DNA of 62,569 nucleotides, taken from contig JALJEE010000946.1 in assembly GCA_023231475.1 (NCBI GenBank), positions 1 to 62,569 on the forward strand, read 5' to 3'. This DNA is from Seison nebaliae (taxonomy: Eukaryota). This document shows positions 1 to 11,711 of the stretch, in pieces. Every line of letters begins with the position of its first letter. Position 1 is the stretch's first letter. The notes beneath the pieces are model-generated. The model ran no database searches and was not told where the DNA came from. It was given only the letters and a program-made list of their open reading frames with translations. A program made the position numbers and the translations under genes.

Positions 1-305
1 ACTTTCTGCAACCAAATCTCCTCCCTCATCTTTCCAATGTCCGACATATGCTCGATCAAAACAAGTTTAGCAAGTTATCGGAGTTTCTGAACGGGAACAC
101 TTTGTATGATTATTAGATATATCTAATATTTCGTCATGAGTATTCGTGCTGTAAATTTATCTTTCTCTCTTCTTTCTTTTCTTTAATACTTTCTTTTTCT
201 GTTTCTTTTTTTTTTCTTCTTTAATTTAACTCATTTTTTATTTTATCCCTCATGGGAGTTTTCTTCACTTTTTGTGAGCAATAAATAATAATAATAATAA
301 TAATT
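1..305 (+). mobile_element. Probable 3' end of a non-LTR retrotransposon with AATAAA and (TAA)n tail
   Basis: T-rich UTR-like tract ending in AATAAA(TAA)n at ~280-305, abutting an opposite-strand LINE remnant. No clear coding motif seen. Confidence 0.35.
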
Positions 306-309
306 GATT

Positions 310-1714
310 TGAATCCAAATTTTTGCCAATCGAGATTTCACAATATTGAGAATGTTGAGACAATTTTTCGCGGTATTACAACAAATAACTATATCGTCCG
401 CATAAAAGTAAAGTACCGGAAAAACAAGACTCCCAATTTTGAAACAATAAGGATTATTTACATGACACAGAATTTCATCAACTAACTTACCGAAAATTCA
501 AGGAGCCAATATTGAACCTTGTCGCAAACCTTTGTTTTAATACCAAAAAATTCAGAGAAACAAGAATTCCATTTGACTACACCTTGAGCATTAGTCGATA
601 TGAGTTTGATGAAATTAATCGAATAAGAGTCGAGACCAGCCTCATCTAGAACTCATTGTGCCTCTTGTAAATTGACAGAATCGAAAGCCTTTGAGGCGTC
701 AATAAAGTAAAAAACGAACTTCGTATTAACGGAACGACATAATGAAATTAAGAACTTCAACAATAGAATTAGCGGAGGAGTACCTCTACTCACCTTACGA
801 TATGCGAATTGGTAGAACGAAGAGAACAGATTGAGGGAGTATCTATTCTTATAAGAATATTAAAAATATCTATTAAGCGGTTTTATAAGCGCTTAAAAAA
901 GAGCTTATGTATACATTCATTTTGAATAAGCATTTACATAAAGCGCTCACTATACAGTGTTTTAAGCGCTTATAAACAGTGTTTTAAAACTCTTTTCTTA
1001 CAGGGCGGCTACCCCAGAGAAGACTTGAGAAGTGAAAAGAAGACTTGTGCTTCATTTCGTCTTAACAGATCTCTTACGACATATTTGAATTGTTTTCTCG
1101 CAAATTTTTTTTCAGAGAAAGATACGACATCACTATGAACTAAATAATTACGATTTACTAATAATCATCTTCACTTTCAGATGTCTTTTTTCTTGGAAAT
1201 TGGGGATTTTTCTATTTTTCTGTGAATTATTAAGGGTTCTGTAGTATGAGTCAGATGCCTTCAGATACTTGAAGATCTCATCGAAAGAGACAAAACATCT
1301 ATTATCGATGTAGTTCATGGTTCTATCCAACAAACGATTATTCTTATATAAAGTAATTTTGATATTTCGCGACGGAACTTCACACACTTTATAAGATATA
1401 CGTAAGGTAAAACGAATAGCATAATGATCGGAAAGTAGAAACTCATCTGAGATATAACATTCATAAACATCTGAGAGAAGATTATTTGAGGCGAGAACAT
1501 GACCAATCCAAGAACTACCACTACTGGTTTTAAATGAAACAGATTTCTTATCGCACCACATCAAATCGACGAATGAACAACTGAATAGATTGCACACATC
1601 ACTACCACAACATACTAATAGTTCAATATCTAGGGAAGAAAGATTGAAATTATCGATTGAAATATTATTAGTATTATAATCATTATTACAACCTCTCATT
1701 AGTTGAAAATTCAA
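310..1714 (-). mobile_element. Degenerate non-LTR (LINE) retrotransposon: APE endonuclease end plus reverse transcriptase
   Basis: Minus-strand translation gives SDHYAI (APE C-terminal motif, ORF 1148..1714), then RT motifs in order: YQFAYRK (~795-815), FIDASKAFDSV (~675-710), GLRQGSILAP followed by a stop (~500-530), YFYADDIV (~387-410). Confidence 0.85.
848..1005. mobile_element. Small inverted-repeat (MITE-like) insertion nested in the LINE
   Basis: TTTATAAGCGCTTAAA (~882-897) is the reverse complement of TTTAAGCGCTTATAAA (~961-976). The segment interrupts the LINE coding sequence. Confidence 0.45.
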
Positions 1715-2388
1715 CGAGGAATCTTATCAATCACAAGTTGATTATACAATTATCATTTATGTATCAATAACATTCTGTATGGAAACATTTATAAGATCCA
1801 TCTTAAGAGCTTATATAGTATATAATATATACTTTTTTCATAGATGTTAATATTTCTCCATCAAACTAACAATATGTTGTGACATTATTTCTGACGTATT
1901 GTTTCGCAAGCCAGGACACAAAAGTCATTAAACTGTCTTGGTCGAACATGCAATAGGACATATAAGACAGACAAGCCTTCCAAGTGGACATTTATGTTCA
2001 GTCTGTGCAAGTTGGCAGCTCTATTACAGATATATTAATCTGAATTCTGTACAAAAATGTCATAGCATGGAGCCAACTTATAAAAAGGAATAGAGTTTCT
2101 ATCCTCCACTCCACTGCAAGGATTACTCACCTTTTGATACTGACAATCATATTGTGAATCATATTGGTCAGACGAATAAATAAAAAAAAATAAATTCAAT
2201 TCTGATTGAATTTTATTGAGCTTTTCTAAAACTTTCTATTAGAAAACTAAAATCTATTTGTTACTTTTTAACTTGAGTTACTTTTTTCTCGTCATTAAAA
2301 TTTTCAATAATGAAAAATTGAATGAAATAATTTTGGCAATTTCCGAAATATGATAAACATATTTCTGGTTAAGTGACAAATTTAATTA

Positions 2389-3184
2389 TTAATTTAATCC
2401 GCATATATCATCTCGCATATAATGATACTGATTTAAAACGGTCGTTCCGACATTTCTAGCTATTTTCTCCAATACGGATCCATTGTAGTCTATTTCAAAG
2501 CGATAGACAAACATTCTACAATTTGAGTTATCGTAGCGAAAACCATAGCAAATCGACGAGCGGTATGTCATACATTGAACGGCACAATTCTGTAAAGAAG
2601 GACTCTTATGATCGACCATTACCATTTCATCCAAAACAAAAGATCTGTAAGCATTAAGTTTTTTCCGAACAAATTTATTCTAACCAGAAACAAAATATTT
2701 AATGAATATTAATTATCTTAAATAAATTAAACCGATACTTTAAGAGATTCGCAAGCATACCCCCTTTTATAATCTTCTCTAGATCGATAATCAATGTCAA
2801 TTTGACCATTGTGATATATTGTTAAGTAATATTTTTTGTTTTTCTTTTTAAAAACAACAAAAGTTAATCAAATTATAAAATTAACAAAGTTTCATATAAA
2901 AAATTAACCCTTTGGTGATGATAACACAACGTCGAGATACGAACAACGCTTTTTATGTATTGGAAACGAATTTTTGTTAATCCCAGGAATATAGTACTAA
3001 AGTTCTTTGGTAAGTTTTCGATATTTTCGAGAAGCATCATTCCTTTCGATCGACATACTTTCATCGCATTTTTGAAAGTTTCAGGTTGTGGGAAAAAATA
3101 TAATTCACAATCATTGGTACCAATGATGATGGATGGGAAATATAGGAGTAGGAAACAAACAAAAAATTTATGAAAAAATTTCAT
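2389..3184 (-). CDS. Small secreted protein, C-type-lectin-like N-terminus plus PAN/apple-like C-terminus (probably 3 exons)
   Basis: Signal peptide MKFFHKFFVCFLLLYF. CTLD-like TFKNAMKVCRSKGMML. C-terminal SLQNCAVQC...CYGFRYDNSNCRMF resembles a PAN module. Short GT-AG introns join ORFs 2873..3184 and 2389..2634 in frame. Confidence 0.55.
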
Positions 3185-3671
3185 TTCTTAACAAATGATT
3201 CAACGAATCGACAAACTATTATTCTGTTAAATTGTGTTAAAATCGATTACTGATAATAATTTATTTATTACCAATAAATCAATACATCTATGAATGTTGA
3301 TATAATGTATGACAATACGATTAATATATTTATTTTTGCATATACCTCATTACACCATTAATATTTATGATTTGGCAATAAATTATTTAATTTTTAAACT
3401 AACTATGAATACGTACAATTAAATAGTTTTTTTTTCATATTATCGATAATTTCTAATTTTAATCGATTTGTTTTTCTTTACTCGCTTAGTATACAATGTG
3501 ATAAGTTAAAAAGAAGTTTAAGAAGAAAAGTAATTGAGGCACCTTGAATTATTGATTGGTGCTTATTTACTTTCAAGGATCAATTCAAAATTGGAATTTT
3601 CCTGATTATGTGTAAGTTAATCTTATATTATAATAAATGAATAAATCAGAAAATGAAACAAATTCTTCATC

Positions 3672-3950
3672 ATTATACCACATCATTTTGGTGGTTTAAA
3701 AAAAATGAAGTAAATCCGTTAAGTTTGAAAATTGGGGAAAAAAATCACACGTCAACTTACTTTTTATTTTCTGAACAAGGACAAATAGGAATTATCATAT
3801 TCGTATTCATATATATAGGTTTTTGGTAATTCCTATTTGTCCTTGTTCAAAAAATAAAAAATAAGTTGAAGTGTGATTTTTTTCCCTAATTTTCAAACTT
3901 AACGGATTTCCTTAATTTTTTTTAAAAGCACCACAATGATGTGGTATAAT
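3672..3950. mobile_element. Hairpin MITE: ~125-bp arms around a ~30-bp spacer
   Basis: ATTATACCACATCATT...GAACAAGGACAAATAGGAATTA is mirrored by TAATTCCTATTTGTCCTTGTTC...AATGATGTGGTATAAT. TA at both ends is compatible with a Tc1/mariner-type target-site duplication. Confidence 0.85.
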
Positions 3951-4225
3951 CATAAAAAAAAATTGGAATTAATTGAAGCAATATAAGTACCCTTAATTCC
4001 GCTATCAATTCCAATTTTTCTAAAAATTGATAAATCATACTTACATTAGAAAGAAATACATTAAAATATTTTTAGAATATTGTTAACGTTAAAATCACTA
4101 TCTTGTAGAGAATTTGAAGCTCTTTCTAAAAATATTAAAATCAATCTGCAATTTTCCTACAATCATATCAGTTAGTTTTCTTCATTTAAAATATAAGAAA
4201 AGTTTATGAAAAATGATGTATCTCC

Positions 4226-4300
4226 CAACTTCATACTTTCTTATTTCATATTTGTCCTTTTCGTAGTTTCGCAATTCATATTTTCTCCCTTCATACGTAA
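4226..4300. repeat. Degenerate 15-bp-period tandem repeat (TTCATA/TTCGTA core)
   Basis: acttcatactttctt / atttcatatttgtcc / ttttcgtagtttcgc / aattcatattttctc / ccttcatacg. This produces the spurious KYE repeat in ORF 4182..4460. Confidence 0.6.
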
Positions 4301-6648
4301 AGTCCACCATAATTCGTTGAACTCGTACCTTCTCTCCCACCTCCGTATTGGTCGCGCAGAGAAGTTTTAGTTTTGAAAAAAAATTAATATCTACATAAAA
4401 TTGCTGAAAAGGATTACGCGTTGGTGAGCACTTGCTGGAATTTAATTGGATGAAATACATACTTTTTCGTCGACTGTCATATTTAAAATTTTCAATATAT
4501 TCGTTATAAACGCTAGAGTATATCTGTATATAATATATAGCATCAAATAAATAACTTATAACTGGTTAGATTAAACTTTAATTAACTACTTAACCGAAAT
4601 AACTTTATCAGATTTTGCACCTTTAATATGAAATTTGTTAAATGTTCCTTTAGTTGCAGTTAGAATGAATAGAAATTAGGTTATTGTTGAAAGTTACAAT
4701 TTGTTCAAACGGGACAAAAATCTTCCGGAAAAATGGACAATTGGCACTTGAAAAGTCGAGCTTAAATTTAAAATAATGTTTGACTGATAAAATGCAGATT
4801 AAAGTCTAATAAGTAGGTAAATGAGATGTGTGATGACGTTTCATCCATGTCTTCTAGAATGTGAAGTATAGATTCTAGAACATTCCATTCAATTGCCTAT
4901 ATAAGTCGTCCACACTATCCAAATATAACGAATATTTAAAAAAAGTTTTTTCAGTATTTTTTTTAGATTTTCTTCAGTCAGATAGTGGAAGAAATTAGGA
5001 AACGGAATTGATGATGATTCAAATTGGATCAATAATTATGTTCATCGATTATTGCTTCAGCTCAAAATGGTCCAAAGAGTAGTCAGCCTGTGTGCACCTC
5101 TTTGGTATCCAAATTGACTTAATAGAAATGATGTTGTACATCAGAACATCAGATGGAGCCAGACAATCAATCAGATGTCCATCAATTGGATTTCCTCGGA
5201 CTATTGGCATGGAGTTCTCATGTCGTCAATGTGGTTTTGGATTATCCAATTAAACTTCATTTTAATTGGTGTTTGGTCACTAAGCTTCATTCCCAATCAG
5301 TGGGTAGCCTCTTTGGTCCCCTGATTGGGAGCAACAATATCGATAATGGCAGAAATGACCAATTAGTCAACAACTGCCAATTATCTTCAACCAAGGAGAA
5401 TAGTCCAACGTCCTAGATTAGTTAAGGATATCAAGAAAGACAACCATGTCTTGTCTTGACGTTTATCTTTCAGGGTGGACTTACTATCTCTCTTCATAGC
5501 CACATTCAAGCAAAATGCAGTCAAAGTGCTTTTACTATTTTACAATTCCAAACTTGTCAATTCGCTACTAGAATCTCAAACAGGGTCTAACTAACTTATA
5601 TTTATTTATTTCATTCCATTTCTTCTAATTTATTCCTATATCTTTCTTAATTATTTATTAAGAAATCAAATATTCAATTTATTACCATTTTTAACTTTAT
5701 TTATTGGTCAATTAATAAACAACAAAATGTACACAAAGTTCACTAAAACTTAACTATTTTTCCTAACCTACATGTTAAGCAGAATAATATAAGTTCACAA
5801 CTTCAATTGTGGTAGAATCTCCGATAGGGTACACTCTAGGATTAGGGCTTTCAAATTGAGAGGAACAAGGGAACAATGTTGTTGTTTTGCTTTAGATTCT
5901 AGATTGAAGTTTCTAGAAGAACTATTTTATTACTCTTACTTTGAAGTGAATAGATGTAATGATATTTTCAATGGAAAGTGAATGTGTATATTTGATGCAT
6001 CATTAAATATAGTTTTCCCGGTTTGATAAAATATGAATTCTAATTAGATTATAAACCTAATTCGACTAATTTAATTACTTCCATCGAGAAAGAAAAATCA
6101 TTTAAAAGCTGAATTAGACCTCCAAAATCTGTAATAGGCTGGATATATGGATGTATTTAAAAGTAATTAGACAGAATTTATTTTTATTCTTCCTTTATTT
6201 ATATCTATAAAAAGCGTAAAAACCTTTTTTAGATTTTCAAGTCACTAAATAACTACTCTTACCAAACAATTCTTTCACGGACAAATAAGGATCACCTATA
6301 TCGTCGCGATGTGGAGATGTTTTTATTCATATTTCTTCACCATCTCTATTTTTCACTCATATATTCCAATCGGTAATTCCAAACATTTTATGTCATCATA
6401 CAATTTTATAAGATTTATACTGATTGATGGATAATCTCTTGAAGAGTTACATCTGATGAAAAGCGAAATTTAATTTTACTATTGATCATCTATTAGAAGA
6501 GGAAAATGTAAGGAATGAGAAGACATGGATGTCAATTGTAAGAGAATATATTTTAAGTTGAATAATATCTATAATGAATGAAAGGATTGAATGAATGTAG
6601 TTTAGAGAGATAATTATTTATTGAATAAATTATAAAAATTTTTTGTAT

Positions 6649-7245
6649 TTAGATTGACGATCGAATGATTTCGGAGAATTTCGATATTTTCGTCTTCACC
6701 GACATATCTAGATATTTATCTCCAATTTCCACAATCATTCCACCCATAATATTCTCGTCAGTCACAAATTGTACTTTGATATTTCCAGTAGTAACCACTT
6801 GTTTGAGCGCTCCTTGAATTTCAGTTTTCTGTTGTTGTCCTAGAGGTTTGGAGGTGGTGATCTTACATTCCACATCTCCTTTCAACGAAGCGGTGATCTG
6901 GTTATAGGCATTGACGATGTCATGCAACTTCTTCATTCGTCCATTCTCCGCCACTAAATCTAAAGCGTTCTTTGTCAATTGATTGACCTTATTCATTTGA
7001 CATAATTCCCCCATTAATCCTTTTCGTTCTTCTTTCGACAATAACGGATTGGAGAGAAGAGGACGAAGATTCTTATCTTCTTTAAATTGTTTCCCTAATG
7101 TCGACATATCATTGTTAACTTCGTTCAATTTATTATTCTTCTCAGCAGCTGCATATAGTGCATGTGCATAACGACCATGCAATCCATGAATTCTAATCTC
7201 ATTTTTCGTTGCTGTGGACGCTGCTCGACTGAATGTTTTCAACAT
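6649..7245 (-). CDS. ATP5PO: Mitochondrial ATP synthase subunit O (OSCP)
   Basis: GLHGRYAHALY, LVAENGR, DENIMGGMIVEIGDKYLDMSVKTKI are OSCP signatures. Likely start is MLKTFSRAAST (transit-peptide-like) at 7245; the ORF extends to 7338. Intronless. Confidence 0.95.
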   Translation of the reverse strand: MLKTFSRAASTATKNEIRIHGLHGRYAHALYAAAEKNNKLNEVNNDMSTLGKQFKEDKNLRPLLSNPLLSKEERKGLMGELCQMNKVNQLTKNALDLVAENGRMKKLHDIVNAYNQITASLKGDVECKITTSKPLGQQQKTEIQGALKQVVTTGNIKVQFVTDENIMGGMIVEIGDKYLDMSVKTKISKFSEIIRSSI

Positions 7246-7558
7246 CTTCCGATTTTCTATCTGATTTATTTCTATTAATATCTTTGCTGCTGTTGATTTG
7301 ACAGAATTTCGAATATCATCTCTACCTCGATTCCACATCTAATACAAAGAATTTAACTAATTTTCATTTAGTTCAAAAATTTAAGCTTTCTCAACAACAA
7401 CAGTAGAACTTGGGACTTTCCATTTCATTTAAGCTAAAAATTTGAATTTTGTCAGAGTTAAATGAAACCTCTTCCATCATGTCGCCCATTTATTTTTTGC
7501 TCCTTTTCTGAGATATAAAAATAATTATTATCGGTTTATTTAAATTGATTAATTTATC

Positions 7559-8379
7559 ATGATCAAACCAATATTTTTCCTGGCCTTCCTCATACTTTCA
7601 GGTTCGTTTCAATTTCCAAATATCCTTATCTATTATTTTAGCGGAAAGTTATCTGGTGAAATTTGCTAAATTGCCTTCATATTTAACAATTGGAAAAACG
7701 GATGAATTTTACGATTTTTCCAATCCTGCACTTAAATTTGTTTTTTCACGATTATTGAAAATGGAGGAAATGGTTCCATTCGAAGATATTCTCCCATCCA
7801 ATTTCCGCTTATCTACATCTGATGTGGTTGAGAGTCCGAATAAAATCATTATCGATACCAAATTGGTTGGAGATGTTCAGAAGGTTTTGGAGAGATATCT
7901 AAAAAATTATAAAAATGTTCCAAAAATTAATTTTGAAGTTAACATAATTTCTTTTATATAATTTGAACAACAATTTATTTGGTAGAATGATGAAAAGGAA
8001 ATCCAATTTACTAATGGAAATGTCATATCATTAATTCCGGAGAATTATGATAATTCTCTTATCGTGCAAATAAAGGAGAAAGAGAATTATCGTTCGAAAC
8101 GGTTTTACTCCCTTTCTCAATTTCCTTCTTTTTTAATTTCTCGAAATTTCTAGAGAAACTGCATCGACAACAACATCAACACCATCGAATCATTCCGTAA
8201 ATGCTGTAACCGAATTCTACACGGCTGAGTTTCCTGTGATGTTCAATCTGATTTTGTGGTTGTTCCTTCATTTGGCCATGGGCATTTTCGTTATTTGTTA
8301 CGAAATGTTATCGTCCAATTCGGGAGAGGATACAATTCTTTACAAATTAACAGGCATTAAAGCAAAGAAGAACCAATAA
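7559..8379 (+). CDS. ATP6AP2: V-ATPase accessory protein / prorenin receptor homolog, 4 exons, 226 aa
   Basis: Exons 7559-7601, 7642-7937, 7986-8101, 8154-8379 give a signal peptide, an RSKR furin-like site, and FPVMFNLILW-TM-...SGEDTILYKLT, matching the ATP6AP2 C-terminus (VVFNMVLW...PGYDSIIYRMT). Confidence 0.85.
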
Positions 8380-8783
8380 TTTCTTTTCCACATTCTATAA
8401 ATTTTATTATTCGTTTCATTGTCTAGTCGAAATAGAAAAAATTTTCTAAATTATTCAATTTAAATTTTGTCCAGAAATTACTATCAAATTCCCATTTCTT
8501 ATAAATAAATTTTCATCTTAATTCAACTTTATTTTACAATTTTCCATTTACTAACCTATAATTAAAAGTTTCTATATATTACAAATATAAATTGTTCTTC
8601 AAAAAAAATTTAAGGAGAATTTTATATTTTTATTTTACACTTATATTTTACGATATGTTCGATAATTCAAATTGAATAAATTTAATTTTCTCGATTTGTA
8701 AAAATAGTATTATAATAATTTTTGTGATTACAACGGACAAGTGATAGTTAAAGAGAAGATTTTCTATAAGAAGATTCTGAAAA

Positions 8784-10346
8784 TCAACGTCGTTTTATTA
8801 GACAAATGATGAAAAGAACGAATAGTATGAGGGCAATGATAAAAGTGAATAAAGAAGCGAAAATTAAAATTAAATTTGTTCTTTGCATAGTCTCATCGTT
8901 GAGAACGATTAATTTGTAAGTAGCCATCCGATTATTTTCATACAGGAAATAGTTACCATGTTCGATGGCTATTCGTTCAGTGTTCTCAAAAATTTTCGAA
9001 TATTTTACTTTCACCAATCGCTTCCATCGTCGTTTTGGCAACTTTAAAAGAAGTTTCGGTCTTTTATGTAAGAGATAACAACTGTAAATGCCTTCATCGT
9101 TGGCTGTTAAATTGAGAAGATAAAGACGGTTTTCAGAATGAAATTGTTTCATAGTGATGTTCGATTGAACAATTTTCGCATTCAATCGATCAATAAGACA
9201 TTTTTGATTATCGTTCTCATCCGAACATTTCAGTCTGTTATACGTCCACAAAATAACGTCGTTGTCAGGATTGAAGACATAAGGCAACGGACAAAGGAAT
9301 TCATGGTAATCGTGTTGATGAACGTATACCTTCTGAAGATGTTTTCCAACTTTCACTTCCGCTACGAATTTCCTTTCACCTGATAAATTAATTTCTTCAA
9401 TATTTTCGTTAAGATGATGATGATCGTCTTCTTTGCATTGTCTCATTTCGATATGAGAATGTGAATAGATGACTCGATGAAGAGCAATTCTATTTACGCT
9501 CGTATCCTCTCCATCCTCCAACAAAACTCGACACGGTAATTCCCCAGATAAGAGAAAATTATTGAAGAATGAATCACTTCCATTTCCTAATCCATATCGG
9601 ATTTTAGATGCTAAAGTTGGAAGAATTCGGAAGACACAACGTCCGATCAATTGTTGTTGAGTATGAGAGGAGGTGGCAGACCAAATAGGAACTTGACAAG
9701 AAGACCAACCTTCAAACAACGTTCCCAACCGAAAATTTAAATTCATCAAATGTCTCTCCATTTGCATGGTACTTCCACTTTTAACATAATTGATGAATTT
9801 CTTGTGCCATCGTTTCGTCTGGGAAAGTTGGAAGAAATGATGTCCTTTCATTGAATAAAAAAGCGGAATAATATGACTCTCCGAATTGTAGAGAAGGAAA
9901 GACGTCGTCACTTTGTCGTTATGGAGACAAATAAAATAAGAATTCTCCCGGAAATCTTTCTTGATGAAAAGGACATTGCTCATTTTAACGAAACGATTAT
10001 CATTCTCCTCGATATACTCCACTCCTTGAGATGTGATAGCTATCCATTTTAGTTCATGTTCTCTTAACGGATAAAGGGGATGAATACAAACAGAACAAAA
10101 TAATCTTGCATCATGACCCTTCTCCTTCCATATCATACGATATTTCACTAGGAACGTGGTAGACGCTACATTGGAGGTGGAGGTATCGATAGATAAATCA
10201 CCCAAACATGAATGATAATCGTCTATTGTATTTACATTTAAAATTTCTGATACATCATCTACAAACGAGACTCCGAGAATTGGAGTGATAATAAACATCA
10301 ACAACCGACAAACATGTTGAAAGTGGAAAAATCGATATTTTCCCAT
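8784..10346 (-). CDS. Type I membrane protein with Ig-like domains, FAM187A-like
   Basis: N-terminal hydrophobic leader. Ig motifs C..W and LYLLNLTANDEGIYSC. Central WSSC...GRC Cys motif. C-terminal TM followed by KRR. Intronless ORF of ~520 aa. Family assignment is from recalled architecture only. Confidence 0.6.
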   Translation of the reverse strand: MGKYRFFHFQHVCRLLMFIITPILGVSFVDDVSEILNVNTIDDYHSCLGDLSIDTSTSNVASTTFLVKYRMIWKEKGHDARLFCSVCIHPLYPLREHELKWIAITSQGVEYIEENDNRFVKMSNVLFIKKDFRENSYFICLHNDKVTTSFLLYNSESHIIPLFYSMKGHHFFQLSQTKRWHKKFINYVKSGSTMQMERHLMNLNFRLGTLFEGWSSCQVPIWSATSSHTQQQLIGRCVFRILPTLASKIRYGLGNGSDSFFNNFLLSGELPCRVLLEDGEDTSVNRIALHRVIYSHSHIEMRQCKEDDHHHLNENIEEINLSGERKFVAEVKVGKHLQKVYVHQHDYHEFLCPLPYVFNPDNDVILWTYNRLKCSDENDNQKCLIDRLNAKIVQSNITMKQFHSENRLYLLNLTANDEGIYSCYLLHKRPKLLLKLPKRRWKRLVKVKYSKIFENTERIAIEHGNYFLYENNRMATYKLIVLNDETMQRTNLILIFASLFTFIIALILFVLFIICLIKRR

Positions 10347-10865
10347 TTCACTCAAAAATAAATAATGTCAAGAATTATTCTTCTACGATAACAAACACAG
10401 TTAGATATTCTTTCAATCCTACTGCATAACGGTAAATTAAAACCGTTAAATTATCAGGTGTCCGTTATAATCCTTTCAATCATCAAAATGATATTACCAT
10501 TCTCCCAAGATTCTGATATGATCATGTTCAATGATGTTTTAACATTAATAATTTGAGATCTCAAATCGTAATGCTCACATGACTGTGTTTTCTATATCCA
10601 ATTTTTATAAAAATTTGATAGAACTGATGTGATAATTTAATTCTGTCTATTAAACATTCTGTTTTAAACATAAAACAAATAGTTTTCTAAAAATACTCAA
10701 TAGTTACATACTTATTAGATATTAATAACAATTTTTTTCTCATAATTTGTCAGAATCAATTTTTCGTGTTAACACGAAATCATAATTTGTCAGAAATTAA
10801 AAATATTCGGTTAGAATTCTAACCGAATCTTTTATCTAAATTTAGTTTTTTTTTAATATAATAAT

Positions 10866-10924
10866 TTAAAATGCGATTTTCGAATCTCAAAAATAGAGAG
10901 AAATGAAGTTTGTTAATTAATCGA
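10866..10924 (+). repeat. Interspersed repeat, copy 1 (partner at ~61536-61594, opposite strand)
   Basis: TTAAAATGCGATTTTCGAATCTCAAAAATAGAGAGAAATGAAGTTTGTTAATTAATCGA matches the reverse complement of ~61536-61594 with only a few mismatches. Confidence 0.8.
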
Positions 10925-11280
10925 GCATTGGAGAACGAATTTAATTATCCATAAGTTCTAATTAATAGAAAGCGTTTGAATAGGACTATCTACCGATATG
11001 CACCCTTACGGATTAATTTTCTTGCTTACGCCTTCGTCTTGTTCACCAATACAAATAATAGTATTATATCTTGAATAAATATCAAACGTTATTTTACAAA
11101 CAAAATATTATTGTTAGAGTGTCAATTTTGTTTCGTCCAAAAATAAATAGATAGGCATTTGAAAGAATTCCAATTATGATAGTATTCTAAAAATTTCAAT
11201 TTTTAGAGTTTAAAGAATTCAAGTTAAAAAACATTCAGGATAAATTCATAATAAGGAAAACCGTCGAAGATTACATTAAA

Positions 11281-11560
11281 TCACTGACAATAGATGAGAT
11301 CTATGATTCTGTGAGATATCAATGATGAAAAACGAAGAAACGGAGAAGCATTAACCAGGAGCAAAGTTCTCCTATTTGGATCGATTGCGGTAATAGAGCA
11401 TAATTTAATCCATTCTTCCAAATGATATTTCGTCATCTTTCCGCTTTTGGAGGAACAAATAATAACATTATTAGGAATAATCAATCGATCGTGGACCGTT
11501 GATGGTATTCTATTTGCAATATTATAATTGAAATATATTTATTGAAAAATTCTAATTATC
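11281..11560 (-). mobile_element. pogo/Tc5-like DDE transposase fragment
   Basis: IPNNVIICSSKSGKMTKYHLEEW...RTLLLVNA resembles the DDE_1 pattern S..G.M......W...LL..D. The catalytic Asp position reads N and the frame is broken. Confidence 0.55.
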
Positions 11561-11711
11561 CTATCTTCTTCAGCATCATCAATAGCCTAGAAATACAAAT
11601 TTTTATAAAAATGGGTTCCAATGCTTCGCCGCCTTGTTCGAGTGTCTACTTACTATCAGCTTGTCATCCGGACCGTATATCATTAGGCTTCCGTTTATCC
11701 TAAAGTAGTTT

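Noticed and set aside
4182..4460. 92-aa ORF with KYE repeats
   Set aside because: It is a by-product of a 15-bp tandem repeat, with no other coding support.
6453..6500. Hammerhead-like CTGATGA-AAAGC-GAAA (a similar motif is at ~38587)
   Set aside because: Helices I and III cannot be formed convincingly.
7246..7338. N-terminal 31 aa of the ATP5PO ORF; likewise the non-ATG extensions of the U2AF1, TMED2 and PTPDC1 ORFs
   Set aside because: Homology and targeting signals begin at downstream ATGs.
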